A DNA stretch of 64,000 nt from Octopus sinensis (taxonomy: Eukaryota). A program made the position numbers and the translations under genes. This document shows, piece after piece, positions 50,421 to 63,229 of the stretch. Within the stretch, counting starts at the first letter, position 1. The number at the start of each line of letters is the position of its first letter. The stretch spans positions 76,632,001-76,696,000 of the forward strand of contig NC_043005.1 in NCBI RefSeq assembly GCF_006345805.1. Reading direction: 5' to 3'. The notes beneath the pieces were generated by a model, which worked only from the letters and a program-made list of their open reading frames with translations, searched no databases and was not told where the DNA came from.

Positions 50421-51544
50421 GTATTAAATTTCCTTTTAAAATTTGTGACTATGTAACTACATTAGAGCAGAGAAGTGTGACATTAAAACTTCTTTGATGA
50501 CATTGGAAGCAAGAAAACAGCTGAAATTATTTGGTATAACAAAGTTTCAAATATCCATAGAAACATTTAGAGTAATGAACAATTATGATAATGAAAAATG
50601 ATATAATTGTATTATTGGGAATAAAAAAGACTTCGTTGTTTTTTCGTTTTTTTTTTTTTATCTCAGAATAAACATGTTTTGAAAACAAGAAGAAGATAGA
50701 AAGCAACACAATATTTATATTTTTGAACCAACTCAATAATTATACATTTTTCTTTACTTCCTATGATAAATAATGGGTTTCTTGCATGAAATCAATACCT
50801 CGCTTGTTATATCGATCAGATCTAAAATCTTTGGATATATTCATCTGTAAAGTATTTCCTTAATAAACTTGCTCTTGTTTCTCAATATAGTCTTACTCGT
50901 TAAAATTCTATACTTACGCATGCTCTGCAAGAAAATATAAAAGCTAACACGAAAAATAAACCGAATCCACCCCGCTTCTACCTCATAAAGAAAAAATATC
51001 CCAATGACTATTATTATATAAAGATATTTATTGTTATTCACCAGAACATCTTTTCATCTAGTCTTTCTTTTTACTTTCTTTCATTTCAAAACAAAGAACA
51101 ATTGAATTCCGGTTGATAGTTATGCATTAATAATTCCTAAGTATGGTTCTTTCGCTTGAAATAACTCATAATGGTTTCTTACAGTGGAGCAATGAAACAC
51201 AGTTTGAAGGAAGAGTATTATCGATTGAATCGGCCGCGATATATAACTGGTACTTTATCGAGCAAATGAGATATTCACTATGCGGTCGCTCTATATATTA
51301 GAAACAACAGCCGGAATGCTGTCTGCATCTTGTGAAAATAAGTTTTTGGAAGAATGTAATTTTATAATCGTAGATACTTTATTGGGATAAAGTAGCCGTC
51401 CACTGGAATTATATTGTCGTACATTGGGAAAATATACTAGTAGATACATAATTACTAAAACAAACAACGTGATGGTGATAATTGAAAGGTATCGGTATTA
51501 ACTTTGCTTAAGTAGGACTAACTAACCTGATGGTATATTCTACT

Positions 51545-51850
51545 CTCTACATGTTATGCTTAAGGAGAACACTAGACAGCAAGTGGCTGAAAAATGTCCG
51601 AAATGAAACGATTGAGACAACAGAAGACATCAATAGAATCAGTGACGAACTAACACACAAACGTTGGAACTAGATCAAGATCGAGAAAGCGGTTGTATGA
51701 TGCTACTAAAGTGGACGCTGGAGTAGGGGAGGGATATCAGGAGGGCATTCTAACGTCACATGGCGAAGGACCATTGACGAGGGAGGGTAGAGAAGCTGGA
51801 ATGAGACCAGAATAGTGGAGCGATTATTTTGCTGCTTATGTGCCTCATGT
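51545..51850 (+). mobile_element. 3' end of an RTE-clade LINE, decayed
   Basis: CLRRTLDSKWLKNVRNE..KRWN..KW..TWRRTI..REAGM..LCA pattern of RTE C-termini. Confidence 0.65.
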
Positions 51851-53099
51851 TTGTTTTTGTTGATGCTCGTGTTCACGGTGGTTTTACTTATATCTTGTTG
51901 TTGACGATTGGTGTTTTCTTGTTTGATACACTTTTGCTACTTTAGCTATTTCTATTTCCACTCCCCTCAACGACAAACTTGGTTCTGTTGAAGAGAAGCC
52001 CTTCCAAGAAAATATATCCTTTACCATACTCACAATATAAATAAAAACATATTTAACTCTTAAATCTTGCAAACAAGACCGAAAAAAAAAATTAAATGAA
52101 CTCTAAGGGATTTTCTATACTTTCATGAATATTTTATGGCGCCATTTATGATCAAAATAGAAACGTACCTGTTTAATATCTGCAGATTCTCTATAAAGAA
52201 CATTGGATTCCAACAGAGTAGTTAAAAATATTAAAAGATATTACATAGAAATTGAGAGCTTAAAATAAAGAATATATGATGAGATAAATAACAAACAAAA
52301 GTTTTTAAACATAAATACACTAGAAAAATATTACATCTATAAATATTGAGAATTTCTATTGCAAAGAAAGAATCTGCTGGAGCAAGGCTTGTAAAAGAAA
52401 TATAAAACTGAACAAATATAGATCATTGCATACCTACGCAATATTTACTAACAAAAGGAGAAATATTATTCTGTATTGGATAATATGAACACAACTGAAT
52501 ATGAGAAAAATCAGAAGGTCAAAATAACCTGAAGATGGAATTGTGTACAAGAATACCTTAGGATGGAAATAGTCAAATAATTAAGATCGATATTTTTATC
52601 GACTGACAATATATCCTCCTAAAGGTAAAACTTAATAAAGTAAAGGCTTTGAAAACGTATAATGAACTATCCTACGTAGGCTTACAACAGATTCAAATGT
52701 GAATTTCAGCAGAATAAGTCAACTAGTCTATGGTATACATGATGCAAGTTATATTGCTACAGACCTAAATAAAAAGTACGGAAAACAAACATAAAATGAA
52801 AGGTAATTGTCTTTCAAATATTTCATTCAATGAGATCTACAATGATGATATATGAACTAATAAATGGATGCAATATACAGACAAATATCGCAGGAATACA
52901 AAATGAAAGGTTGAGTAGCTGAAATCAAAGAAAGCTTGGTCTAAATCGCATAGAACGAATCACTGAAAAAAACAATAACAACGGTTTTCCTAAATACTGC
53001 TTTGGGTTGTTGAAATACTTATCTTTATTGGACATAAGTATTTGGACTCCAGGCTGAAAATAATTTTACCAAGAAAATTTAAAAACCAGAACAGAAACC

Positions 53100-54027
53100 A
53101 TAGTCGTAACTGTGTGGTAAGGAGCTTGCTTCCCAACCACATGGTTCTTAGTTCAGTCTCACTGCGTGGAACTTTTGTCTTCTACTATAGTCTCGGTCCG
53201 ACCAAAGCCATGTGAGAAAAATTGTAAAAGATAAAATATCATTGAGGTATTAATAATGGCTTAAAATTTGGGCGCATTATTGCTGTAGTAATAATTATTT
53301 CTAAGTTTGGAACGTCAATGAAAAGGGGTGGAGCAAGTCGATCACATCAGCCCCGAATCTGAACTAACACTTATTCTTTTCTACTCTAGGCACAAGGCCC
53401 GAAACTTTGGGGATAGAGGCCAGTCGATTAGATCGACACAAATACACAACTGGTACTTAATTTATCGACCCCGAAAGGATGAAAGTCAAAGCCGACCTCG
53501 GCGGAATTTAAACTCAGAACGTGAAGACGGGCGATATACCTATTTCTATTTCTTTACTACCCACAAGTGGCTAAACACAAAGGGGACAAGCAAGGACAGA
53601 CAAACGGATTAAGCCGATTACATCGGCCCCAGTGCGTACCTAGTACGTAATTTATCGATCCCAAAAGAATGAAAGGCAAAGTCGACCTCGGCGACAGCCT
53701 GCTCGTGAAATTAACGTGCATGTGATTGAGCACTTCACAAACACGTGTACGCTTAACGCTGTTCTCGGGGAGATTCAGCATGACACAAAGTGTGACAAGG
53801 TGGTCTCGTTGAAATACACGTACAACAGGAACAGGAAGAAAGAATGAGAGAAAGTTGTGGCGAAAGAGTACAGTAAGGTTCGCCACCACCTCACACCGGA
53901 GCCTCGTGGAGCTTTATGTGTTATTCGCTGAAAAATCACTCACAACGCCCGGTCGGTCTGGGAATGGAAACCGCGATCCTATGACCGTGAGTCCGCTGCC
54001 CTAACCACTGGGCCTTTGCGCCTCCAC
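53100..54027. mobile_element. SINE cluster: family A head (+, 53100-53215), two family B (-, 53330-53695), family C (-, 53696-54027)
   Basis: Motif matches to the copies above. Confidence 0.75.
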
Positions 54028-54053
54028 AATGAGAGACTATATATGCTTTCTCA

Positions 54054-54125
<72 letters not shown>

Positions 54126-54368
54126 ACGTTTATAAAAATTAAGTGATTTTAAAAGTGATTTTAATATAATTTAATACTATTTCATACTTTTTGAGTTTAT
54201 AAATTCTTTCACATGTTAAATATATGTATTTGGAGATATTTGAGCAGAATTCCCTGGTTATAAATTAAAAACATTATTCGGAAAATATGAAGCCAATTAA
54301 AAATTAAATTTATTTAATTTCCCTCAAATTAGAAATGAAAATGAAACCAATATTTAGTTCTGGGTGAA

Positions 54369-54450
<82 letters not shown>

Positions 54451-54724
54451 AAGAGAAAAGTAAAATAATTACGAAAATGTCGATGAAAACGGAAACTAAG
54501 ATTAATTTTCAGCTTAGCCTGCAGAAAAGCACTATAAACAAATATAGTGCTACGAATATGACTATTATTATTTCAATAGTATTATTGCTTGGAGTGCTGT
54601 ATCATGGATACTTGAAACGCGAGAGAACTGATTTATTAGCCTATACATGAGCAATCTGTATCCTGTTACTAGCTGTTAGATCGTGAATCCGTAGGCAAGA
54701 TATTTAATCACCGTAAAACCTATC

Positions 54725-55050
54725 TCTGTCTTTTATTTGTTGCACTCGTTGGACTGCAGCCATCCTGGGGCGCCACTTTGGAGGGTGTTACACAAATAAA
54801 TCGACCCCAGTTTACGTCTTTTACTTATGCAATCGGACACTTTTGCTGACCCGCTATGTCACATAGACGTAAATGAAGCAACACTCGCTGTCAATCGCAC
54901 ACATACATATATACATACGCAGGCTTCAACACAATTTCCGCCAACCATATTCACTCAGACATTTGGGGCAATAGTAGAAGACAATTTTCCAAGGTGCCGT
55001 GCAGTGGAACTGAACATGAAACAACGAAGATGCAAAGCCATTCTTGCACG
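54725..55050 (-). mobile_element. SINE family A (diverged)
   Basis: Reverse-complement match; further family B fragments at 55100-55330. Confidence 0.6.
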
Positions 55051-56259
55051 TATTCTATTTAAATACAGACTCAGGTTACGAACAACTATGTCTTTCGTTT
55101 TTTCAGAGTTGATAAAATCAGTATCAGCCGAGCCCTGGGGTATGTAATCGACATACCCCTCCAGCGAAATTGCTGGCATTGTGCCAAAATTTGAAACCAA
55201 TAGTGCAAAAATTAGTTAAAGCGTCGAGCTCGCAGAACCGTTGGCTTTGCCTCTTATCCTTTCGTGGGCCATAAAATAAGTACCAGATACGCATTAGGAT
55301 CGAGTTAATCGGCTTACTTCCTTCGTCGAAATTGTGTCAACATTACATTATTTTTCTTGCTTTTCTGTTTCTTTTTATATTCAGTTTCAGCTTACTTCCT
55401 TGATCTGCTATTATCCTTTCAACTAAGTACTTGAAGTAATAATGGTTTGTTGATATATTTACTTGTTTGTGTATGTCAGCTTATCATAGTATAAAAGCCA
55501 CCATTAATATTTTATTTTTAAGAACAACCCATAGTACAGAGTATGACTGCATCGCTTCTCTAATTACGTAACGTATTTTTCGATGAAGATAAATTAAACT
55601 CTATATTTCCATCACTTTTTATTTTCTAATGGGAAGATCAAGTAAAGCTTTTATGCTATTATTGGTATGTACTCCCATGTACTGAGATAATATACAGCGG
55701 TTAGATGTCTTGAAGTAACAATTATCTTCTGACGTAAACGACTTTGGTTCCGAACCCGAATTATAAGGTATTCAAGCAGAGAGTCCCATTCAGCCACACA
55801 AACTTAGATAAATTTACATTGTCGCAAAAATCCTTTTGCTTCATTTGCACTATGACTACATTTGTGAAGTCATCGTACATTTCCGACGTTTTTGTCATTT
55901 TGGAAATCAATTATCTTCTTAATTGTTCATTCTAAGTTTTATGTCTGTGGCAACCCTGATATTTCACTTGGTCTTCTTTGGCTAATGTTCTTTCGAATGG
56001 TCAACTTACTTTACCTTCTTTTACTTGTTTCAGTCAGTGATTTGCGGCCATGCTGTGGCACCTCCTTGAAGTGTTTTAATAGAATAAATTGCAGTCGGTC
56101 CTTACTTTTAGGTTTTCCATCGGATTTTAACCGAGCTGCTAAGTCATAGAGATGTAAATAAACCAAATCAGATTGTCAAGCGTAATGGGGGACAAACACA
56201 GATACAAACACGTAAACACATACATATGTACGTGTGTACATGTGTATAGTCCCGTATTT

Positions 56260-56840
56260 CCATGCTCTCTGCAAGTCTAAATATCTCAACCAAAATGCTA
56301 GCTACAATAATGAGGCACTAGTGAAGTCCGGTTATGAAGTCAAAATAACTTATCTTCTGAATGGCCATGATTTTCCTACCACTACTAGTCTTGCAAGACC
56401 ACAGAATGGGCGTCCTACATTGTTCAGTGCTAAGTCTACTCCTTATAACCTTAATAGTATAGTATGATAAAGGAAAACATTCGTATAGATAACTCTAATG
56501 GTACTTAATTCCAACAACTAAATACGACTAGGCACTGTAACAAAAATAATGAAGATAATTACAATCATATACTGCCTAACAATGTTAATGTTAATAAGGG
56601 CTACCCCTGTGATATGCATAATATAACTTTAAATTAGAAGAAATGTTCTAACGTAAATTATATAAGGTCGGAAATAGGCATAAATGAAATAGTAATAACT
56701 GTGAATTGATTAAGCGTATACCACCACCACTACCACCAACACCACACCTGCACCACCATCACAATCACCAACACCATCACCACCATCATCACCACCAACA
56801 CCATCACTACCACCCCACCTTCCACCACCACCACCACCAC

Positions 56841-56873
<33 letters not shown>

Positions 56874-57720
56874 TAATAGCTCAATAATTGTATTTAAACA
56901 GGATGATATGGATAAGATCTATACCCTAATAAATTTGGGTGTATAAACAATAACCAAATTGCTTTAGATCCAACTGCATGAAACTGAAATAAATTGAAGC
57001 AAAAATAGTTTACGTAAGTATATTTGTTGGTGAATGCCCGCCCCTGTATTCTAAACGTCGCTTCAAATGTGACTGGAGAAAATTTACAAACCTTTGGTGA
57101 GCACTTCCACGCATCTAGCCCGTGTCATAAAATTTTCAATAGACACACGGTCAAACTGGTTTATTCCACTACGACAAATATTATTGAATATAACGCAAGA
57201 TTTAACCGTGGTTAGTCAAATCATATAACTAAAAATACTACGTCCACTGACCGCCCATGTTATAGCAACACACTTAACGATTCAAATAAACATAATGCTA
57301 TAATTAATGGAAGGGATCAACGAATCATTATGCCTAATTCTAATAATAGAATTATTATCGATAATCGATCAGGACGCATTATACCTGCTATTAATCGAAT
57401 TAACTTTGTTTTATACTACCCTCGAAATAAATCACTGTGTCTAATAAATAACCAATGCTTTATACAAAGTATAGTTTATAAGTGTTCTGTTATTGCCTTC
57501 GTAAATAACACGCTTATGGTGGGGCGTCATCTTCGTCACTCGCTCAAATCTTCATTTAGTCATCAAAATAGCGTTAGTATTTACATATTTAGCTAAATTT
57601 ATATATTCTCACACTGAAATAACTCGAATATGCAATTGTTTTGCCCATCTATATTATTAACAGCATTATAAAGGTAGTAGTGTTTTGTGTGGGCTCTGTG
57701 CATCTCGAATCTACGTGATA
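56260..57720 (+). mobile_element. Decayed C-terminal part of a third PLE family
   Basis: YNNEALVKSGYEVKITY..; NVASNV..EHFH..HKIFNRHTVKLVYS; PRNKSLCL.NNQCFIQSIVYKCSV; SF.H; CGLC. These match the WFNPP/SYSC/CxLC-type PLE C-terminus. Confidence 0.65.
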
Positions 57721-58375
57721 AACTGATTATAAGGTATCATCTTAGAAATGAATCTTTCGTATGTAATATGTATACCGTAACTTAAATTAAATTCTCAAAC
57801 CTACGCTAATAAACTGTATGACTTTGGTTAAGGCACATAGACAGGATTATGATTCAGCTTCCCCTTTGTGATATATAGCGTATTTGAATACATTCTGTCT
57901 TCCCCTTATTATGTATAATTACTTAGTAACTTTTTGATATTTAAAATACCACTCTCTCATACCAATAACATTTTACACCCTGAACTACTCTATTTAAGTA
58001 AGACTGAAGTTGTATCCCTTTCTAAACCACCCAACTAACACATACACACTTGGTTTAATTTTGCATTTTATTTATTTGAACTGATTTATATGAAATCTCA
58101 CTGTTTATAATCCTCGTGGCAGATTTACCAAATAGAAGTGTTTACTCTGATATTTTATATATGTATGTGTGTATGTGTGTGTATTTGTATATATGCATAC
58201 GCTTGTATATAAGTGCGCATGTATGTATATATGTATATGTATAATTTTGAGCGCTTGCGTGTATACAGTCACGTATTTATACATGAAAGTCCGTACTATT
58301 TGGAACTTGTTCTGTAGGTGTGTACTTATATCTTTATAGATATGTATCGCATATATTGTGTGTGTGAGTGTGTGC

Positions 58376-58411
<36 letters not shown>

Positions 58412-58415
<4 letters not shown>

Positions 58416-58940
58416 CGGGAAGCTTTATGAAAATAAACAAAAATACGAAGGCAGGTGGAGTACAAACAAACAATTGTATTAGTATGGCGCTCAGGAATAT
58501 AAATAAAACAAGTCTTTTACGTTTCGAGCCTACGCTCTTCAGCAGAAAAATACACAGAAAAGAAACACGGAGAGAAACAAGGAGAGAAAAAATGCGTACA
58601 GAAGCTAGCGATTCAACATGGCGATCTGATTCCGGCCAGAAGTCAGAAATCAGACGTAAGAGCGAAAGTAGGGGAGATAACGTGTGTGTATGAGAAAGTA
58701 TGTAGTGCGTATGAAAGGTCTGGACGTGTGTATGTATGTATGATGTGATGTGTAATGTCGCATGGTGTAGTGTAGAGAGAGGAGATGAGGGGGAGAGGGG
58801 AGGAGGAGGGAGGAGAGATGAGGGGGTGAGAAGGGGAAAAGGAAAGAGGAGAAGAGGAGGGAGAAGAGGAAAGGTGAGAGTGAGGAGGGTGAGATGAGGG
58901 GGAGAGGGGAGGGGGAGAAGGAAAGAAGGAGGGGGTATAT
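58412..58940 (-). mobile_element. PLE 3'-end element (same family as 24933)
   Basis: Shares the HHR-like motif and flanks; 3' end abuts (TA)n at 58380-58411. Confidence 0.6.
58514..58549 (-). ncRNA. Ultra-minimal hammerhead-like motif (A6C, extra A after A9)
   Basis: UUUU-CUGCUGA-A-GAGC-GUAG-GCUC-GAA-ACGU-A-AAAG; stem III is the loopless palindrome ACGU. Confidence 0.55.
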
Positions 58941-59060
58941 ATATATACACATACACACATACATATTTACACACATATATACACACATTATATATTATGT
59001 ATGTATGTATGTATGCATGTATGTATGTATGTATGTATGTATGTATGTATGTATGTATGT

Positions 59061-59700
59061 AGGCTAAGGTGTGGGTATGTGGCAAGAAGCTTGCTTCCCA
59101 ACTACATGGTTCTCGGTTCAGTCCCACTGCGTGACACCTTGGGCGGGTGTCCCTTTCCATAGCCTCGGGCCGACCAGATCCTTGTGAGTGGATTTCGTAG
59201 AAGGAGTGGATTTCGTAGAAGGAAGCTGAAAGAAGTCTGTCTCATATATATATATATATATACAATCTATGTGTGTGTGTGTGTGTGCATCTTTGTGTCT
59301 GTGTTTGTACCCAGTAACGCTTGACAACCGGTCTTAGTGTGCATAAGACTCGTAACGTAGCGGTTCGGCTGACGAGACGAAAACTAAGTGCCAAGTTTAA
59401 CAAAAGATAAATTCTGGGGTTGATTCCTTCGATTAAAATTTCTTTAAGACGGTGCCCCAGCATGGTCGCAGACGAACGAGTGACACAAGTAAAGGATAAA
59501 GGATATATATATATATCATATTTTATATATACGCATATGCAGCTTGACAACCACCGTTGTCCCTGTAACCTAACGTTTCGGCAAAACGTACTAGGCTTAA
59601 CAAGTAAGTGCTAGGGTTGATTTCTTCGCTTACAAGCCTTCGAGGCGATGCTCCAGCATGACTGCAGTCAAATGACTGAAATAAGTAAATAAATAAAAGA

Positions 59701-59745
<45 letters not shown>

Positions 59746-60230
59746 TACAAACACACACATATGTGCAACTCTGTATCTAAATATATATGTGAATATGTGA
59801 TTCTATTTTTGTATTTATATTTAAAATCTGTACGTGTTTTATGTGTAATGTGTGCATAAGCGAGGGAGTTGCTGTGTGGTAAGTAGCTTGCTTACCAAAC
59901 ACATGGTCAAATGACTTCTACTATAGACTCGGGCCGACCAAAACCTTGTGAATAGATTTGGTAGAAGGAAACTGAAAGAAGACCGTCGTATATATACATA
60001 CATGTGTGTGTGTGTGTGTTTGTGTGTCTGTGTTTGTCCCCCAGCATCGCTTGACAACCGATGTTGGTGTGTTTACGACCCCGTAACTTAGCAGTTCGGC
60101 AAAAGTTACCAATAAAATAATTACTAAGCTTACAAAGAATAAGTCCTGGGGGCGATTTACTCGACTGAAGGCTGTGCTCCAGCATGGCCGCAGTCAAAAT
60201 GACTGAAACAATTGGAAGAATAAAAGAATA
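59061..60230 (+). mobile_element. SINE family A copies (59061-59500, partial tail 59535-59700, 59860-60230)
   Basis: Head and tail motif matches. Confidence 0.75.
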
Positions 60231-60299
60231 AATGAATATATATGCACGTGTTTGTGTGTGTGTGTGTATTTATGTTTATTTGTATGTATATATGCATAT

Positions 60300-60560
60300 G
60301 TAGATGTTTTTTTTCCATGTGGTGTGTGCGTACTTGGTGGAATCTAGATGAATACAGTGTATGAAAAGCGTATTAAGGTGTGGTTGCTCTGAGTGTGAGA
60401 TTCTTGAAAGTTCAAATTCCTTGTGTGGATGTTTGGTGACCTTAGTTGACATTCTATTGAAGCTTATTACTGTAGAACAATTTCTTGGCATTTTGCTGAC
60501 CTCCCAGGGTGGATGCAGTCATCCATGAATTCTATAGAATCTTTAAATTATCAGCCATTT
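60300..60560 (-). pseudogene. Possible highly decayed PLE RT fragment
   Basis: FMDDCI motif followed by a loose match to the LPFLD..HP.H.K.NI region. Confidence 0.35.
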
Positions 60561-60889
60561 AATCCGCCATCTCCCCACCTGTGTAATTACTGTTCTAAAA
60601 ATATTTTTTCCATTTTATTTTGCACATATTTTTATGTTATTTTATTTCTACTTCATTTGTTATTTTAATTTTCTTGATCTCTTATAGTTCCTTGTTATTT
60701 GACTTCAATTGACGATGGTGAATCCTTTAATTTCATTTAGCACTTTATCTTAATCGACATGAAGGTGTTTAAATGTGAAGACATTTTTTCTAGAATAATA
60801 GAGCTGCTATTTATTTTTCCCGACCAAATGAATATAATTTTATGCAGTTTCGGCCTTCCATACTTTGCACATATTAGTTCCAACTTTTT

Positions 60890-61085
60890 CCACAAGGCCA
60901 ACGATTTTGAGGGAAGGATTAAATCGATTACATCGATCTCATTAATCAGCTGGTACTTATTTTATCACCCCAAAAAGGACGAAAGGCAAAGTGAACCTCA
61001 ACGGATTTTGAACTCAGACCGTAAAGATGAACGAAATGCCACTAAGTAGTTTGCCCAGTGTTCTAACGATTCTGCCAGCACGCTA
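60890..61085 (-). mobile_element. SINE family B
   Basis: Core motif match. Confidence 0.7.
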
Positions 61086-62014
61086 TCTTAATATTTTGCA
61101 TGTATCAAAAACGTATGTATTATTCCACTCATATTCATAATATTCATATTTATGTTTAATATCATTCACCATCTTGCATTGAGAATCAACTTCAGATTAT
61201 TATATATTTTATTAATATTTGTAAGTGCATGATTTGTTATCATTGAAATAGATTATTATCACCAGCCCATGCCTAACAGAATTTCCATAATATGAATAGG
61301 ATAATATTACCTATTTTAGTTTGATACCTATATTTTATATCACACACGACTTCAGTCAGGTTTTTAAATCTATAATTGATTTATCATTGGATACTCAGAG
61401 TTACATAGTATTGTGCAGTATTAACAAAGTTTCGTTTTTTTCATCAAAATATCTGACACCAGAGTCGTTTTTAAGATTATTAAGTATCATATTTGAGTCT
61501 AATCTGACGATGTACTAATTATTCTAAGAAATGTTTGGTTTTGGAATTAGTATATTTGGTCTGGCGAAAAGTAACTACTTAACATTAGATTCGTATTAAA
61601 ATCCATACACCTTTCAAAGATATTTCTTTGAATTTGGAATACCTCATTGAATGTATTAGTGAACTTGGCTTATAAAGCTTACAAATTATCGTTTATTTTT
61701 TTCACCATCCCTTTTGATCGAAATTCGACCCATTTTTTTTCCTTCTCTTCTTCCCAAAAAGAAAACCTCTACTTTGAATTTTATATATATTAACCGAATT
61801 TTGTTCCTTCTGTGTTCAGCCCTGCGTGGCTAATAAAGAAATCTATCGCAATCTGGCCAGAGACAGATGGAACGTAATTAGGCGGGTTGCTGTCCCTATA
61901 GTATTCTATTCTAAAAATTTGACTGGACAATTTCTCAGGGTATTCCTCGTAAAATTCATCGATTTTAGTCTATTATATTATATTACTCTTTACCACAATA
62001 TTACAATAATACAG

Positions 62015-62568
62015 TATTAAATCTCAGAGCGAGATGTAAACAGTAACCGCTCAACAACGTAAAGTATAAAAGCCATCTCAATATGGCTAACCACAAAGTG
62101 GGGGCGTTACTGTAGCTTTTAGCCCCAGGAGATCGACGTCTCCAGCTGGCTTTAGACACACTTTCTGTGCCCTTCAGGTATTTGCAAAGGGAAGTCATCC
62201 CTTCCTCGTAAGCCTTAGTGATACGCACCGGACCGCGGTTTCGAGATTATTGTCTCTTATCAACGGGCGGTAACCACCAGGTCACGATGAAAGGCAAGGC
62301 TTGCTTTGCAAATATATAAGAGTTTTTCTAGTGACGTCTGCCACTGATTTCGAAAAACTGACTGTAAGCATTATTAAATCTCAGAGCGAGATGTAAACAG
62401 TAACCGCTCAACAACGTAAAGTATAAAAGCCATCTCAATTTGCAAATACCTGAAGAGCACAGAAAGTGTGTCTAAAGCCAGCTGGCGACGTCGATCTTCT
62501 GGGGCTAAAAGCTACAGTAACATCCCCACTTTGTGGTTAGCCATATTGAGATGGCTTTTATATTTTAC
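62015..62568 (-). mobile_element. HHR-bearing mini-element with both direct (68 bp, period 357) and inverted (130 bp) terminal duplications
   Basis: 62015-62082 equals 62372-62439; 62059-62188 is the reverse complement of 62439-62568 with few mismatches. Confidence 0.75.
62224..62269 (-). ncRNA. Minimal type I hammerhead ribozyme, U3-A8 variant
   Basis: CGCCCG-UUGAUAA-GAGA-CAAUAA-UCUC-GAA-ACCGCGGU-C-CGGUGCG. Perfect palindromic stem III, GUC triplet, bulged U in stem I. Confidence 0.8.
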
Positions 62569-62639
62569 ATACCTAGTATGTCGAAACTAAAGTTTATTAT
62601 AAGTAATAAAGTAGTATAACTCTATCATATATATTCCTT

Positions 62640-63060
62640 TTCCGTTTGACCACAACTGATCTGTTCAGGCATGATTCACTCGCCTTTTCTTCAACTCAGG
62701 ATTCGTTTTTACACCTTTGTTATATTCTTCTGTTGATCTTTCCGTCTCAGCACTTTCTTTTTCTGGTCCTTTTGGACACTATTTTCCATTGTGTTACACA
62801 TATCTTGTTCTAATCCTGTCTTAGAGCGGAACGGCCTTTATTTTGTATATATATTTATATTCGTAACAACCACCTGTGTGGTGTTTCTTTCCCCCACTGT
62901 TCTTTAGGTTCGCTCATTATCCGCAGCAGCTTTTTGCTGCAAACACCACCATCTGTTCCCGTTAAAGGCACGAAATTACTATGATTTCGGGGCTATAACT
63001 TACAAGGAAAGAGCATGTCCATGTCATGCGTGTTCCGTTAATTCCTTTGTCGTCCTCCTG
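62640..63060 (-). mobile_element. Possible decayed RTE-type LINE 3' fragment
   Basis: Loose matches to RTE C-terminal motifs; heavily frameshifted. Confidence 0.35.
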
Positions 63061-63074
63061 TGCCTTTTTGAATC

Positions 63075-63113
<39 letters not shown>

Positions 63114-63118
63114 TCATT

Positions 63119-63159
63119 GCCTAACAGCTGTTTCTGCTATAAGTGGACTCATCGGGACC
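63119..63159 (-). ncRNA. Decayed hammerhead-like remnant between two (TA)n tracts
   Basis: CCGAUGA..14 nt..GAA-ACAGCUGU-U. Core and palindromic stem III are present; stems I and II are broken. Confidence 0.35.
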
Positions 63160-63184
63160 GGAATATTTCTTTGTCATCTCCCAA

Positions 63185-63229
<45 letters not shown>

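Noticed and set aside
50841-51041. ORF resembling a signal peptide plus cationic peptide (..VEA-GWIRFIFRV..)
   Set aside because: No in-frame ATG; AT-rich DNA readily yields such composition; no supporting exon structure.
52380-52800. Possible decayed APE endonuclease of an RTE LINE
   Set aside because: Only faint motif echoes; too degenerate to support.
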